A DNA stretch of 64,000 nucleotides, taken from Clostridia bacterium. Its GTDB lineage: Bacteria; Bacillota; Clostridia; TANB77; CAG-465. Positions within the stretch are counted from its first letter, which is position 1. Each line of letters begins with the position of its first letter. The notes beneath the pieces were generated by a model. The model did not search any database. It saw nothing but the letters and a program-made list of their open reading frames with translations, and was not told the DNA's origin. Made by a program: the position numbers and the translations under genes. Positions 47,817 to 57,901 of the stretch are shown piece after piece. Location: assembly GCA_036635835.1 (NCBI GenBank), contig JAVWPP010000002.1, positions 4,990-68,989 on the forward strand. The letters run 5' to 3'.

Positions 47817-50396
47817 ATGAAAAAAGTAAAAGAAAATGTAAATAAAGTAGAATTAGTAGCAGCAAAAATTGTGGTTATAGCGGTAGGACTTATAATTTTT
47901 CTATTATCATTAACAAGAGGTGGATATTATAGGCAAGAAAATGTGGTTGCAAACTTTTGCATAACAGCTCTTGGCGTATGTTATGTGTCTTATATGATTT
48001 TTAAAAACGTAAAAAGCAAGACTAAATTTCAAATGATAGATATCTTAGACTTATTAGTTGTAGCATTAACTTTTGCAACATCTTTACCAATACTTTTTGG
48101 TAAATGCGTTGCAAAAGGGGCGGCTTTTGCAGGAATTGAAAGATATATGTCTTTTGCAATTATATATTTTATAATAAAAGAAGTTATAAAGGTATCTGCT
48201 TTTGCAAATAAAGAAGCGGGTAGATATAAGATAAATAATATACTGTCCTTTATTATAGCTATATCAAGCATGGTTGTATGCTTTTTTGGAATAGATCAGC
48301 TAGCAGGGCAGACATTTGAAGGGTTTTTAAGTATATTTAATATAGATTATACAACGGAATTTGTCACAAGACTTTCTTCTGTGTTTCAATATGCAAACGT
48401 AGCAAGTATGTTTATAGCTATTGGGCTTTTTACAACAATATATTTGATATATATAAGTAAGAATAAAGTGCTTAAAACTTTCCTTATATCTGCAGCATAT
48501 GTAGAATATTTATCTATACTTATGACGCAGTCTAGAATGTGCATTGTTTTTACAAGTATAGTGCTTATTTTGCTTATGATATGCCTTAAAAAAGCAGAAG
48601 AACGAAACATAGGTATAATTTCAGTGATAGCTTTAATGATATATTCTGCTATATTTTATGCGGTTATTTATAATTTTATAAAATTAGAAGCTGTAAATGA
48701 AATTTGGATTGTTACGATAGTTTCAATTATACCGGTTTCTTTAATTGCGTTCTTTTCTATTAAAGTACTTGTGTATTTTACAGAAGAATTAAAAAACAAA
48801 AAAATATTTATTTACACACTTTTAGGCATTTTAGCGATTTCTGCAGGTATAATAGTTTTTACTTTTTCTCAAACTAAATCTATTGTTGTAACAGATGGTC
48901 TAGTAAGAAAAACAAGTGTAAATTCAAATAAAGATATTACTTTAGATATTTCCATGAAAAATGTAGATAGTGAGAATAGTGCAAATATAACTGTTGAAAT
49001 TTTTAATAAAGGTTATGAAAGTTTGCAAAAAAAAGTTTATGAATTTAATACTAAAGAAAAAGCTAGTGTAAAAGAAGATCTTAAAAAGCATAAAAATGCT
49101 AAATATATTACTTTTACAGTAGCGGATGTAAAGGGAAAACCTATTTTAGATAAAATAAATGTGCAAAATGCGAAGCTGCCACTAGATTATAAGTTTATTT
49201 CTTATGATATTGCCCAAAAAATAAATGAGATTTTCGAGGGGTCATCTAGTATAGATTACAGATTTATGTATATGAAAGATGGAATATCTTTATGGAATAC
49301 TAGCAAAATAGTTGGTATTGGCAATGATGGTTTTAGAAATGCGTATCAGTCAGTTCAGTCTAGAATGTATATTTCAAGCGAAGTACACAGCTATCCTGTA
49401 GATATTCTAGTTAATTATGGCGCAATAGGGTTTACTGCATATGTGCTTATTGTTTGCGTAGCAGGGTATGCTCTTGTAAAAAAATATATTGATGAAAAAG
49501 ATAAAAATAATGCATTTAAGTATATTAATTTACTTGCTATTCTTGTGCTACTTGTAGTTCATAGTATGTTTGACCTAGACTTTTCATATTCAATAATACT
49601 ATATTTATTTGCTATATTACTTGCGCAGGTTCCAGAGGTCTCTATATGCAAAATACAAGGCTTTAAGGTATCTACTGCTGTAGTATGCATAATATGCACA
49701 GTATCTGTAGGAGGCATGTTTTTAAGCAATGCTAAGTATTTAATTGCATATAGTATAGCAGATAATTTAAAAACTAAGACTATAACTGAAGAAAATGCAA
49801 AAGAACGTATTTCTCTATATGAGAAAACTGTTGTATTTGCGCCTACGGATTATGATTATAGAGCTAAATTAAGTGAGCAGTATAGCACATATATGGCTAT
49901 TTTGTCTAAAACTATTTTAGATACTAACGAGGTTAAAAAAGCAGATGCAGTTAAAGAAGTCAAAAGGGTTATTCCTTTAATAAAGGATAATTTAATAAAA
50001 ATAAACGAGCAAAATCCGTATAATAAGTATGCAATTCAAAAAGTAGCAGCTAATTATTTTAAGAATTTTATTAATTTCACTAAAGCTGAGGGAAAAGCAT
50101 CATATACAGAAGAACTTAATTATGCTGTAGATTTAGCTATTAAGATAGTGGATGTTGGACCTATTAATGATACAAATTATAGCTTTTCAGCAGAAACGCT
50201 AGATGGTATGTATGTGAATTTAGAAAAACTTAATATGGGTGAAAATTCTAAAGATAAGTTAATAGCAATGGATAAGATTAAAAAAGAATTAAAAGGATTT
50301 CCTAGTAAAATAGAAAATAATTTTAGTAAAAAAGGTCAAAAAAGAAGCATAAACGATATGCCAAGTATTTTAGAAATTGTTAATAAATATAATTAA
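47817..50396 (+). CDS. O-antigen ligase (Wzy_C) family polytopic membrane protein with long C-terminal extracytoplasmic TPR-like region
   Basis: More than 10 TM helices. Wzy_C-like block GIGNDGFRNAYQ...SEVHSYPVDILVNYGAIGFTAYVLIV. A roughly 250-aa helical C-terminal domain. Confidence 0.6.
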   Translation: MKKVKENVNKVELVAAKIVVIAVGLIIFLLSLTRGGYYRQENVVANFCITALGVCYVSYMIFKNVKSKTKFQMIDILDLLVVALTFATSLPILFGKCVAKGAAFAGIERYMSFAIIYFIIKEVIKVSAFANKEAGRYKINNILSFIIAISSMVVCFFGIDQLAGQTFEGFLSIFNIDYTTEFVTRLSSVFQYANVASMFIAIGLFTTIYLIYISKNKVLKTFLISAAYVEYLSILMTQSRMCIVFTSIVLILLMICLKKAEERNIGIISVIALMIYSAIFYAVIYNFIKLEAVNEIWIVTIVSIIPVSLIAFFSIKVLVYFTEELKNKKIFIYTLLGILAISAGIIVFTFSQTKSIVVTDGLVRKTSVNSNKDITLDISMKNVDSENSANITVEIFNKGYESLQKKVYEFNTKEKASVKEDLKKHKNAKYITFTVADVKGKPILDKINVQNAKLPLDYKFISYDIAQKINEIFEGSSSIDYRFMYMKDGISLWNTSKIVGIGNDGFRNAYQSVQSRMYISSEVHSYPVDILVNYGAIGFTAYVLIVCVAGYALVKKYIDEKDKNNAFKYINLLAILVLLVVHSMFDLDFSYSIILYLFAILLAQVPEVSICKIQGFKVSTAVVCIICTVSVGGMFLSNAKYLIAYSIADNLKTKTITEENAKERISLYEKTVVFAPTDYDYRAKLSEQYSTYMAILSKTILDTNEVKKADAVKEVKRVIPLIKDNLIKINEQNPYNKYAIQKVAANYFKNFINFTKAEGKASYTEELNYAVDLAIKIVDVGPINDTNYSFSAETLDGMYVNLEKLNMGENSKDKLIAMDKIKKELKGFPSKIENNFSKKGQKRSINDMPSILEIVNKYN

Positions 50397-50410
50397 AAAT
50401 TAGGCTTGAA

Positions 50411-50437
50411 AAAGGACATGGTTACATGTCCTTTTTG
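50411..50437. terminator. bidirectional terminator
   Basis: aaaggacatg gtta catgtccttt followed by T5. The gene downstream is convergent. Confidence 0.65.
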
Positions 50438-50457
50438 TTGTTTGCAATCTTGAACTA

Positions 50458-50739
50458 CTATAAATTTGTTTTATTCTTTTCAAAGACATTTCCAAGTATT
50501 CTTCCATCTTGTTCGAAAGTTACTTGCAATTTGTTTGTTGGTAAATCCTGATAATTAAATGTAGTTCTACAATTAATTCTTGAATCTACGAAACTAAAAT
50601 GATTATCATTTGCTGCAACAATTGTACCTTTTGCTTCTAATATACGATTTCTTCCATCGTCTTTTTTAATAGAAACTTCTTGTCCAAGATTTTTATCGAA
50701 ATATTCTTTAAATTGAAGCAATGAATCTTTATGTATCAT
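50458..50739 (-). CDS. veg: Veg-like protein (DUF1021)
   Basis: LLQFKEYFDKNLGQEVSIKKDDGRNRILEAKGTIV...HFSF follows the B. subtilis Veg pattern (IK..LD.NLG..V.LK...GR). Start taken at MIHKD. Confidence 0.55.
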   Translation of the reverse strand: MIHKDSLLQFKEYFDKNLGQEVSIKKDDGRNRILEAKGTIVAANDNHFSFVDSRINCRTTFNYQDLPTNKLQVTFEQDGRILGNVFEKNKTNL

Positions 50740-51030
50740 ATTTGCATCACCTCTATGATGTGAGTATACCACAAAAAAAAACAAATGTCAAAACAATTTT
50801 TATAAATTCTTTTAAATAAAAAGGCGATATATGAAAACAAGTATTCTTATGTAATCATACGTCGCCGATTTGTTAATATTGAAAAATAATGTATTTACTT
50901 TTACATGGGTGTTATGCCAGTTATAAGTAATTCATAGTATATTCTATGTTTTTTTTTTATTATTGTTACAAAAGTATGAATAAAAATATAATATAAAAAT
51001 ATATTGTAATATATATAGGAGGAACTGAAA

Positions 51031-52551
51031 ATGAAAGTAAAAACAAAGAAGGAAAATATATGTCTATATAAATGTAGTTTGAATTATAATGTAAATAAAA
51101 CTATAGAACAAGATGTATTAGTTCCAGATGTTAAGCCAGATATTATTAAAATTATTAATATTGAACCTAAAATTTTTATAAGTAAAATAAATACTGCAAA
51201 GGATAAAGTGAATATAGAGGGTAAAATAATATATTATATAATGTATAAATCTGCAGATAATTCAAACAAGCATAGAACTATTGTCTCTATAAATCCATTA
51301 AAAGCAGATTTTAATATACAAAATGAAGATCTTGCATTAAAATTTAAGGTTGTACCAAAAATTAAAAACATAATATCTACTCTTCCTAATGAAAGAAAAA
51401 TCAATATAAAAACCGATGTGGAATTTAATATTTGTGGCTATAAATCAGATAATATGGCGCTAGTTATAGGTTTTGAAGATAGTGCAAGAATGGAAGTTAA
51501 AAAGAAAAAAGAGATTTTCAATAATGTTATAGCGTGCAAAGATGTAAATATAAATTCAAGAGAAGAGATAGTTATATCCGAGCAAAGGCCAGATATCTAT
51601 GAAATAGTTTCGCTAAATTCAAAAATTGAAAATGTAGACTATAAGCAAAGCTATAATAAAATTATAATTAAAGCAGATTTAATAGGTAATATTGCATATA
51701 CTTCAGAAAAAGACGGAAATACTTTGCAAAATGAAAGATTTAGTATTCCATTTACCGGCTTTTTAGAGGTAGATAATTTACCAGATGCCCCTAATGTAGA
51801 AATGGCTTTTTATATGGAAAATTTAGAAGCTACATTAAACACTAATTCCACTAGATCTAATTCTTTACTTATAGATTTAGACATATTAGCTAGAGTTATT
51901 GTATCTAATAAAAAAGAAGTAGAGTATATAGAGGATATGTATTTTTTAGAAGAAAAAAATGAATCAGATTGTACTTATGCAGATATTAAAATACAAAACG
52001 ATTTGCAAAGAAAAGAAATAAATATTGTTGAAAGTGTGGATAACTTCTTTAAAGCAGACGAAAGTATCCTTATGTATAACATAGAAAATGAAAGTATTAA
52101 TAATAAGCTTGTAGACGGGGTAGCATCTGTAGAAGGAAGCGTTAGAATATCTTGTTTATTAGGCAATTTAGATGAAATTGAAAGTAGAAAAATAGACTTA
52201 ACTATAAGTAAAGAAATAGCAACGGATGTAAAGGAAAATATAGATGCTAAGTTTAAAATAGAAGATTTAAATATAACTAGAGAAGATAAGAATCTTAATG
52301 TTAATTTTAAAATTAAGTCAGAATATAGAACTTATGAAGACAAAATGGTTATAGCAGATGATGAAATAATAGCTGTTCCTATTCTTTTAAATGAATTTAA
52401 TTCTATAGTAGTATATAATATTAAAAAAGGAGATACTTTATGGGATATTGCTAAGAAATATAAGACTACAGTTGAGAACATTGTTAAGATAAATAACATA
52501 CAAAATCCAAATAAAATAGATGTAAACGAAAAAATATTAATAATTAGATAA
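51031..52551 (+). CDS. SipL/SpoVID-like sporulation protein with C-terminal LysM
   Basis: C-terminal LysM YNIKKGDTLWDIAKKYKTTVENIVKINNI and a repetitive N-terminal region. The architecture resembles C. difficile SipL. Confidence 0.45.
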   Translation: MKVKTKKENICLYKCSLNYNVNKTIEQDVLVPDVKPDIIKIINIEPKIFISKINTAKDKVNIEGKIIYYIMYKSADNSNKHRTIVSINPLKADFNIQNEDLALKFKVVPKIKNIISTLPNERKINIKTDVEFNICGYKSDNMALVIGFEDSARMEVKKKKEIFNNVIACKDVNINSREEIVISEQRPDIYEIVSLNSKIENVDYKQSYNKIIIKADLIGNIAYTSEKDGNTLQNERFSIPFTGFLEVDNLPDAPNVEMAFYMENLEATLNTNSTRSNSLLIDLDILARVIVSNKKEVEYIEDMYFLEEKNESDCTYADIKIQNDLQRKEINIVESVDNFFKADESILMYNIENESINNKLVDGVASVEGSVRISCLLGNLDEIESRKIDLTISKEIATDVKENIDAKFKIEDLNITREDKNLNVNFKIKSEYRTYEDKMVIADDEIIAVPILLNEFNSIVVYNIKKGDTLWDIAKKYKTTVENIVKINNIQNPNKIDVNEKILIIR

Positions 52552-53232
52552 ATGAAGATTAAATATAAATATTTTATCAAAATATATTATAAAATCATAA
52601 TAGCTGTGTTTGTTGTAGTTCTTTTTTTTACAGTTTGTATTTACTATGTTACAAAAAAAATAGAGCCTACGGTGCTTGCTTTTTGTGATGCAAAGGCGAA
52701 GTCTATGGCTTTAAAAGTTACAAATGATGTCGTAAATGAGCATGTTAAGGAGATTAAATACAAGGAAATCGTAAATCTTGTTTCAAACGAAGATGGAAAA
52801 CTAGTGAGTGTCAAGACGGATGTCCTAACTATGAATGAATTAAGCTCTGAGATATCGCTTGAAATACAAAAACAGCTAAACAATTTAGATAATGGCCAAA
52901 TTTTAATTAGCATTGGGAGTATGACGGGCAACAAGCTTTTGTACGATGTTGGACCTAAATTTCATGTAAATGTATATCCTGTTGGAAATGTTTCAGTTAA
53001 TTTTATTAGCGAATTTTCAGACGCAGGGATTAATCAAACAAAACACAAGATTTTTTTAGAGGTTAAGACTAAAGTTAGAATTGTTGCACCATTTATTAGC
53101 AAGTTTCAGGAGTATATTTATAATGTTAATATAGCTGAAACCGTTATTATTGGCGATGTTCCAAGCACTTATTATAATTTTACAGGGTCAAGTGGTATTG
53201 ATGAAAAAGATAGTTTGAATATGATAAAATAG
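52552..53232 (+). CDS. YunB-like sporulation protein
   Basis: N-terminal TM, roughly 225 aa. The start overlaps the upstream stop. Call is by overall resemblance only. Confidence 0.35.
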   Translation: MKIKYKYFIKIYYKIIIAVFVVVLFFTVCIYYVTKKIEPTVLAFCDAKAKSMALKVTNDVVNEHVKEIKYKEIVNLVSNEDGKLVSVKTDVLTMNELSSEISLEIQKQLNNLDNGQILISIGSMTGNKLLYDVGPKFHVNVYPVGNVSVNFISEFSDAGINQTKHKIFLEVKTKVRIVAPFISKFQEYIYNVNIAETVIIGDVPSTYYNFTGSSGIDEKDSLNMIK

Positions 53233-53336
53233 AGTAGAAAGTAAGAATATAAATAAAAAATATAAATAAAAGTAGAAAGAAAGAAAATAAAAAAAGCAAA
53301 TAGAATAAACTATTTGCTTTAATTGTTCTCCAAAAA

Positions 53337-53744
53337 CTATCTCTTTGAGAATTGTGGAGCTTTTCTTGCTTTTTTAAGACCGTATTTTCTTCTTTCTTTA
53401 GTTCTAGAATCTCTAGTAAGCATTCCAGCTTTTTTAAGAATAAGTCTTTTTTCTTCGTCTGTTGTTGCAACAGCTTTAGAAATACCATGTGCAATTGCAG
53501 CTGCTTGACCTGCGAAACCGCCGCCATGAACTGTAGCTATTACATCGTAGTTTTCAGTATTAGTAGTTAATACTAAAGGTTTAATAACGATAGCTTTTAA
53601 AGTATCTAAGTTATAAACTTCGTTAATATCTTTATCATTTATTGTTATTTTTCCTTTTCCAGGTACTAATCTTACTCTTGCGATAGATTGTTTTCTTTTA
53701 CCTGTTGCATATATAGAATTTGCTATTGTAGCTATTTTTCCCAT
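53337..53744 (-). CDS. rpsI: 30S ribosomal protein S9
   Basis: [10 protein letters not shown]...[19 protein letters not shown]...RKAPQFSKR. Confidence 0.9.
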   Translation of the reverse strand: MGKIATIANSIYATGKRKQSIARVRLVPGKGKITINDKDINEVYNLDTLKAIVIKPLVLTTNTENYDVIATVHGGGFAGQAAAIAHGISKAVATTDEEKRLILKKAGMLTRDSRTKERRKYGLKKARKAPQFSKR

Positions 53745-53760
53745 TACTTTTTCCTCCTAA

Positions 53761-54195
53761 TTAATAATTCCAGTTTTCTGGTTTTTGTGCTGCTTGTTCA
53801 TGATTTGCATCTTTATAAACTCTTAGGTTAGTAAGCATTGCTCTTCCTAATGAGTTGCCAGGAAGCATTCCTTTAACAGCTAATGTTAAAGCTTTACCTG
53901 AATTTTTTTCCATTAAGTTTTTGTATGTAGTTTCTTTCATACCACCTACATATCCTGAGTGATGTCTACAAATCTTTTGATTTAATTTATCACCAGTAAG
54001 AATGATTTGATCACAGTTAATAACTATAACATGATCGCCACAATCTAAATTAGGGCTGTATGTTGGTTTATGTTTTCCTTTAAGTAATTGTGCAACTTCT
54101 GTAGCTACTCTTCCTAGAGATCTATTTGCTGCGTCAATTATATACCATTGTTTGATATTTTCGCTTTGTTTTAAGCTATAAGTTTTATTATTCAT
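53761..54195 (-). CDS. rplM: 50S ribosomal protein L13
   Basis: WYIIDAANRSLGRVATEVAQLLKGKHKPTYSP...GDHVIVIN. Confidence 0.9.
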   Translation of the reverse strand: MNNKTYSLKQSENIKQWYIIDAANRSLGRVATEVAQLLKGKHKPTYSPNLDCGDHVIVINCDQIILTGDKLNQKICRHHSGYVGGMKETTYKNLMEKNSGKALTLAVKGMLPGNSLGRAMLTNLRVYKDANHEQAAQKPENWNY

Positions 54196-54434
54196 AACTA
54201 TTGTGTTCCTCCTAAACTAAATATATATTATTATATTGATAGCATGTTTCCGGGGCTCACCATCAATCAACATCCATTTTACAATATTTAAAGAAAAATG
54301 TCAACTAAATATCGTAAAAAAGCTAAAAAAGATAGAAAAATTAATATAAAAAGCATAATAAAGATGTTGTATATAAAAAATAAATGTGATAATATAGTAA
54401 TATAGAATAAACTAATGATAAATGAGGTGTAGAT

Positions 54435-56171
54435 ATGAATGAAAATAACGTAATTGTTGACGCAAAAATAAAGACAGCAAATACTGTTAGTAGACTTCAA
54501 AGATCTGTAGGAGATAAAAGATTATTAACAAGTATAATGACAGAGGTACTTAAATCAGAAAATGTAGTTATGGAAATGGTAGGACTAACTCAAAATCCAG
54601 TTTTCCCTGAGATATTTCCAGAGTTTTATATGAAAAATGCATATGGCGAGAGTTTTATAAATTGTCAGCAAAACAATAAATATCATAGATATGGGGTGTG
54701 GAAACATAGCTTAGTGTCAGTAGAAATGGTTTGTGGAGAAGATAAGCCTTTTTCAGATGACCAAGCTACTATATTAAAATGGGTTATGCTTTTGCATGAT
54801 ATAGGTAAATCTTTCGTAAAAGAAATAAATGTTGATGGAACAGAATCTTTTGTAGGGCATGAAGCTAAATCTAGTGAAATTGCGGCATATATATTAGGTA
54901 AATTTGATTTTGCACAAGATCAAATAAGACAAATGTGTTTGTTAATTGAATATCATGATACGTTTTTAAATATAGATGATGTTTCATACGAGAATATGTT
55001 GCTACTTTTTGAAAAAATGGACCAAGATAAAGATTTGCTTAATATGCTTTTCGAAGTTAAGGAAGCAGATGCTAAGGCTAAAAATATACATTCTTACGAG
55101 ATAGCTAGAAAAGTAATAGATGGCTTTTTAGCACTTTCTAGAGATTATTTTAATGATAGATATTTGCAAAAAGGTGGAGTATCTAAGTTTGAAAACGATC
55201 AATTATTAGGTAAAACAGATAATTTAGGGTATGACCCAGAGGCTATAATGGCGGCTACTATTGCAGATTCTCATGATTATGCAAGTAGTGAAACTCACGA
55301 GCTGATGAGGGACTGTATTTCTCAAATGTGTATGAAGAAAGATATTGATTTATTATATCAACCTATTTTTGATTTAAAATCCGTAAAAGTATGGGGATAT
55401 GAAGGATATAGTAGAAATAGAGCACATTCTACGTTAAACATAACTCAAATTATAGACTATGCAAAAGAAATAGATAAATTTGATAAATTGCAGCAGTCTA
55501 TGTTTGTAAATGCAATTGAAAAATTTGCATTAACAGATAAAAAAGAAGTAAATAGATTTTTTATTAGTATAGATATGGACAGCTTTTCTAAGTATGCAAA
55601 TAAACCTAGGATCTATGATATGATGGATAAAACAGCGGTTGTTGTTGAGCTTAAAAACTATCATAAAACAGATACTAGAAAGCTTCAAGCTACTATTGAT
55701 GAAATTAGAAAATTAGGTGGAAAAGTTCTTCTTAATAATTTTGATGGGCTTGTTTTTAAGCAGCAAGATTTAGAAAAAATAAATGTAGATTATATTAAAT
55801 TTGATATTTCTATATTTGGAGAGTTTTTTGCTAATGAAAAAAAATATAAATTTTTAGAAGCTCTAATAACTTTGTGTTTTGTAAAAGAAATTAAGCTTAT
55901 TGTGTCTGGAATTGAGTCATATCCTGTTTTTAGTTTTCTAAAAAGTAAAGGCATTCAGTATATGCAAGGATATTTCTTAGCAAAACCACAAAAAGATATT
56001 GTATTATGGGGAGAAGATATTTATGTTCTTATTAATGGTACAAATGCAGATAATATTGAGCAGCCAAAATACCAATCTACTATAAAAGATCAAGGATATA
56101 ATCCTAACGATCCAAATTCAAGAAGTGCTGGCTTCTTAGGTTCTCAGCCAAAAGAAGAGTCACCATATTAA
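54435..56171 (+). CDS. HD-domain protein fused to a degenerate EAL-like domain
   Basis: HD motifs H...LLHDIGK...GHEAKS...EYHDTF. The EAL-like half has YQPIFDL, GYEGYSR in place of the EALxR motif, NNFDG in place of DDFGTG, KFDISIF, and a terminal EIKLIVSGIESYP...QGYFLAKPQ. Confidence 0.5.
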   Translation: MNENNVIVDAKIKTANTVSRLQRSVGDKRLLTSIMTEVLKSENVVMEMVGLTQNPVFPEIFPEFYMKNAYGESFINCQQNNKYHRYGVWKHSLVSVEMVCGEDKPFSDDQATILKWVMLLHDIGKSFVKEINVDGTESFVGHEAKSSEIAAYILGKFDFAQDQIRQMCLLIEYHDTFLNIDDVSYENMLLLFEKMDQDKDLLNMLFEVKEADAKAKNIHSYEIARKVIDGFLALSRDYFNDRYLQKGGVSKFENDQLLGKTDNLGYDPEAIMAATIADSHDYASSETHELMRDCISQMCMKKDIDLLYQPIFDLKSVKVWGYEGYSRNRAHSTLNITQIIDYAKEIDKFDKLQQSMFVNAIEKFALTDKKEVNRFFISIDMDSFSKYANKPRIYDMMDKTAVVVELKNYHKTDTRKLQATIDEIRKLGGKVLLNNFDGLVFKQQDLEKINVDYIKFDISIFGEFFANEKKYKFLEALITLCFVKEIKLIVSGIESYPVFSFLKSKGIQYMQGYFLAKPQKDIVLWGEDIYVLINGTNADNIEQPKYQSTIKDQGYNPNDPNSRSAGFLGSQPKEESPY

Positions 56172-56226
56172 AAAAAGATAGAGTAATCTATCTTTTTTTT
56201 GCACATAATAGTTAAAAAGGTGAAGT

Positions 56227-56559
56227 ATGAGTGTATTAGTTGGTTTTTTAAATGGGCTTTTGGCTGCAGGAGCTGGTCATTTGCTAGTTTTTTATCTTAT
56301 ATATATTAAAAAAATAGAGAGCCATAAGGCGAGAATAACTAGCATGTCTTTAATGGGAATTGCAAGCATTGTGACGGTTTTTGTATATTTAACTCAGATA
56401 AAAGTAGATTATATTTTAGTTGCAGGTATATCAGTTATTTCTGTGATAATGGGGTATATTGGAGTTGTTTTTATGAATAAAATTGAAAGCGAAAGGTTGA
56501 ATCTTATATCTGCTGTAACTGTGTTTATAGTGTGCATATATAAGCTTTTTAAGGTATAA
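56227..56559 (+). CDS. 4-TM TSUP (TauE/SafE) family half-transporter
   Basis: LNGLLAAGAGHLL and four TM helices. Confidence 0.5.
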   Translation: MSVLVGFLNGLLAAGAGHLLVFYLIYIKKIESHKARITSMSLMGIASIVTVFVYLTQIKVDYILVAGISVISVIMGYIGVVFMNKIESERLNLISAVTVFIVCIYKLFKV

Positions 56560-56560
56560 A

Positions 56561-56989
56561 ATGATAGAAGCAATATTTATAAGTGCATGTGCTTTAATCT
56601 CAGGACTTGGCATAGGTGGCGGAAGCTTTTTTCTAATTTTCTATAAAAATTTTTTAACAATAGAGCAAAAAGAAGCACAGCTGTATAATGTAATTATGTA
56701 TATATTTGTTTCAATAGCAGCAGTTATATATACTACGTTTTACAAAGAAAAAAAAGAAGAAAAAACGAAAAAAAACAAAGAAAAAATAGACTTAAATTAT
56801 ATAAAAAAAAATTACATAAGCATAATAATAGGTGCTATTTTAGGCTCAATACTCGTAAAATATATTAGTGGAAAAATACTAAGAAAAACTTTTTTAATAT
56901 TTATATCGATTTTAAGCGGATATGAAATAATTATATGTTTAAAAAACATAAAAAAGCACAAGATAAAGATAGATAAGAAAGGAGAATGA
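56561..56989 (+). CDS. 4-TM TSUP (TauE/SafE) family half-transporter
   Basis: ISGLGIGGGSFFLIF motif. Adjacent to, and nearly overlapping, the first half. Confidence 0.5.
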   Translation: MIEAIFISACALISGLGIGGGSFFLIFYKNFLTIEQKEAQLYNVIMYIFVSIAAVIYTTFYKEKKEEKTKKNKEKIDLNYIKKNYISIIIGAILGSILVKYISGKILRKTFLIFISILSGYEIIICLKNIKKHKIKIDKKGE

Positions 56990-56991
56990 AA

Positions 56992-57138
56992 ATGGATTTT
57001 ATAAAAGGAACCGTTATAGGAATGGCAATAGGTACGTTTCTTGGCTTTTATAATGAAGATAAAATAGATGAAGTTCTTCGTTATAGCAAGAAAAGATATA
57101 AGAAAATGATGAAAAGATATAATTATAATTTATTTTAA
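56992..57138 (+). CDS. small hypothetical protein (48 aa), not in the ORF track
   Basis: MDFIKGTVIGMAIGTFLGFYNEDKIDEVLRYSKKRYKKMMKRYNYNLF. Follows aaaggag and is coupled to the upstream stop. Confidence 0.3.
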   Translation: MDFIKGTVIGMAIGTFLGFYNEDKIDEVLRYSKKRYKKMMKRYNYNLF

Positions 57139-57174
57139 AAAAATGTGAAAATGAACTCATAATAGAGTTCATTT

Positions 57175-57666
57175 TTAATTATCCTTAAAGTACTGTATTT
57201 CATTCATTTTTTTCATATAAATAAACCTAAAATCATTAATTAATCTAGTACCTTCTTCAAAGGAATGATCCATAAATAGCCTGTCTAAATCTAAATTAGT
57301 ATAGTGTACAAATCTGTTTTTTAAATCAATCTTAAGGTCTTGTACGTTTGGATTTTTAGCGTTAATTCCATCAACATAAACGTCTAAAGTTTTGTATTTA
57401 CTTGGGCAAAATTTATATATTTCATTTTTTTCATACTTATCATTTTTAAAATATATACACCATTTCCAAACCGTCATATCCTCCGAAAACTGCCTATAAA
57501 TTATTAGGTTATCTTTTAGCTCTACTGAAAAAGCGTTTTTGCCATGAGATAACTCTAAAGCTGTTTTTGTTATATCTTTTTTAGAAGAAAAGTCATAATA
57601 AATAACGCTAAAAAGTATAAGTATTATTATAGTATCTAAAAGCATATAAAACCAAATTTTTTTCAT
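57175..57666 (-). CDS. hypothetical membrane-anchored protein
   Basis: N-terminal TM. No recognisable motifs. Confidence 0.5.
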   Translation of the reverse strand: MKKIWFYMLLDTIIILILFSVIYYDFSSKKDITKTALELSHGKNAFSVELKDNLIIYRQFSEDMTVWKWCIYFKNDKYEKNEIYKFCPSKYKTLDVYVDGINAKNPNVQDLKIDLKNRFVHYTNLDLDRLFMDHSFEEGTRLINDFRFIYMKKMNEIQYFKDN

Positions 57667-57901
57667 AAATTCCTCCTATGTATATAGATATATAGTATCT
57701 TAAAATGCATACTTTAGCAAGCATAATTATTTTTAGGAAACTAAAATGCATATAAAAGAAAGACTTAGAAAATATATTAATGAAAATACATAAGTTTTAT
57801 TGAATAATCTTTATTTTTAGCTATTGATATTTATAATATAATGTAGTATGATATATAAGTAATAGTAAACATTTTAAGTAATGTTAACAAGGAGTGATTT
57901 T

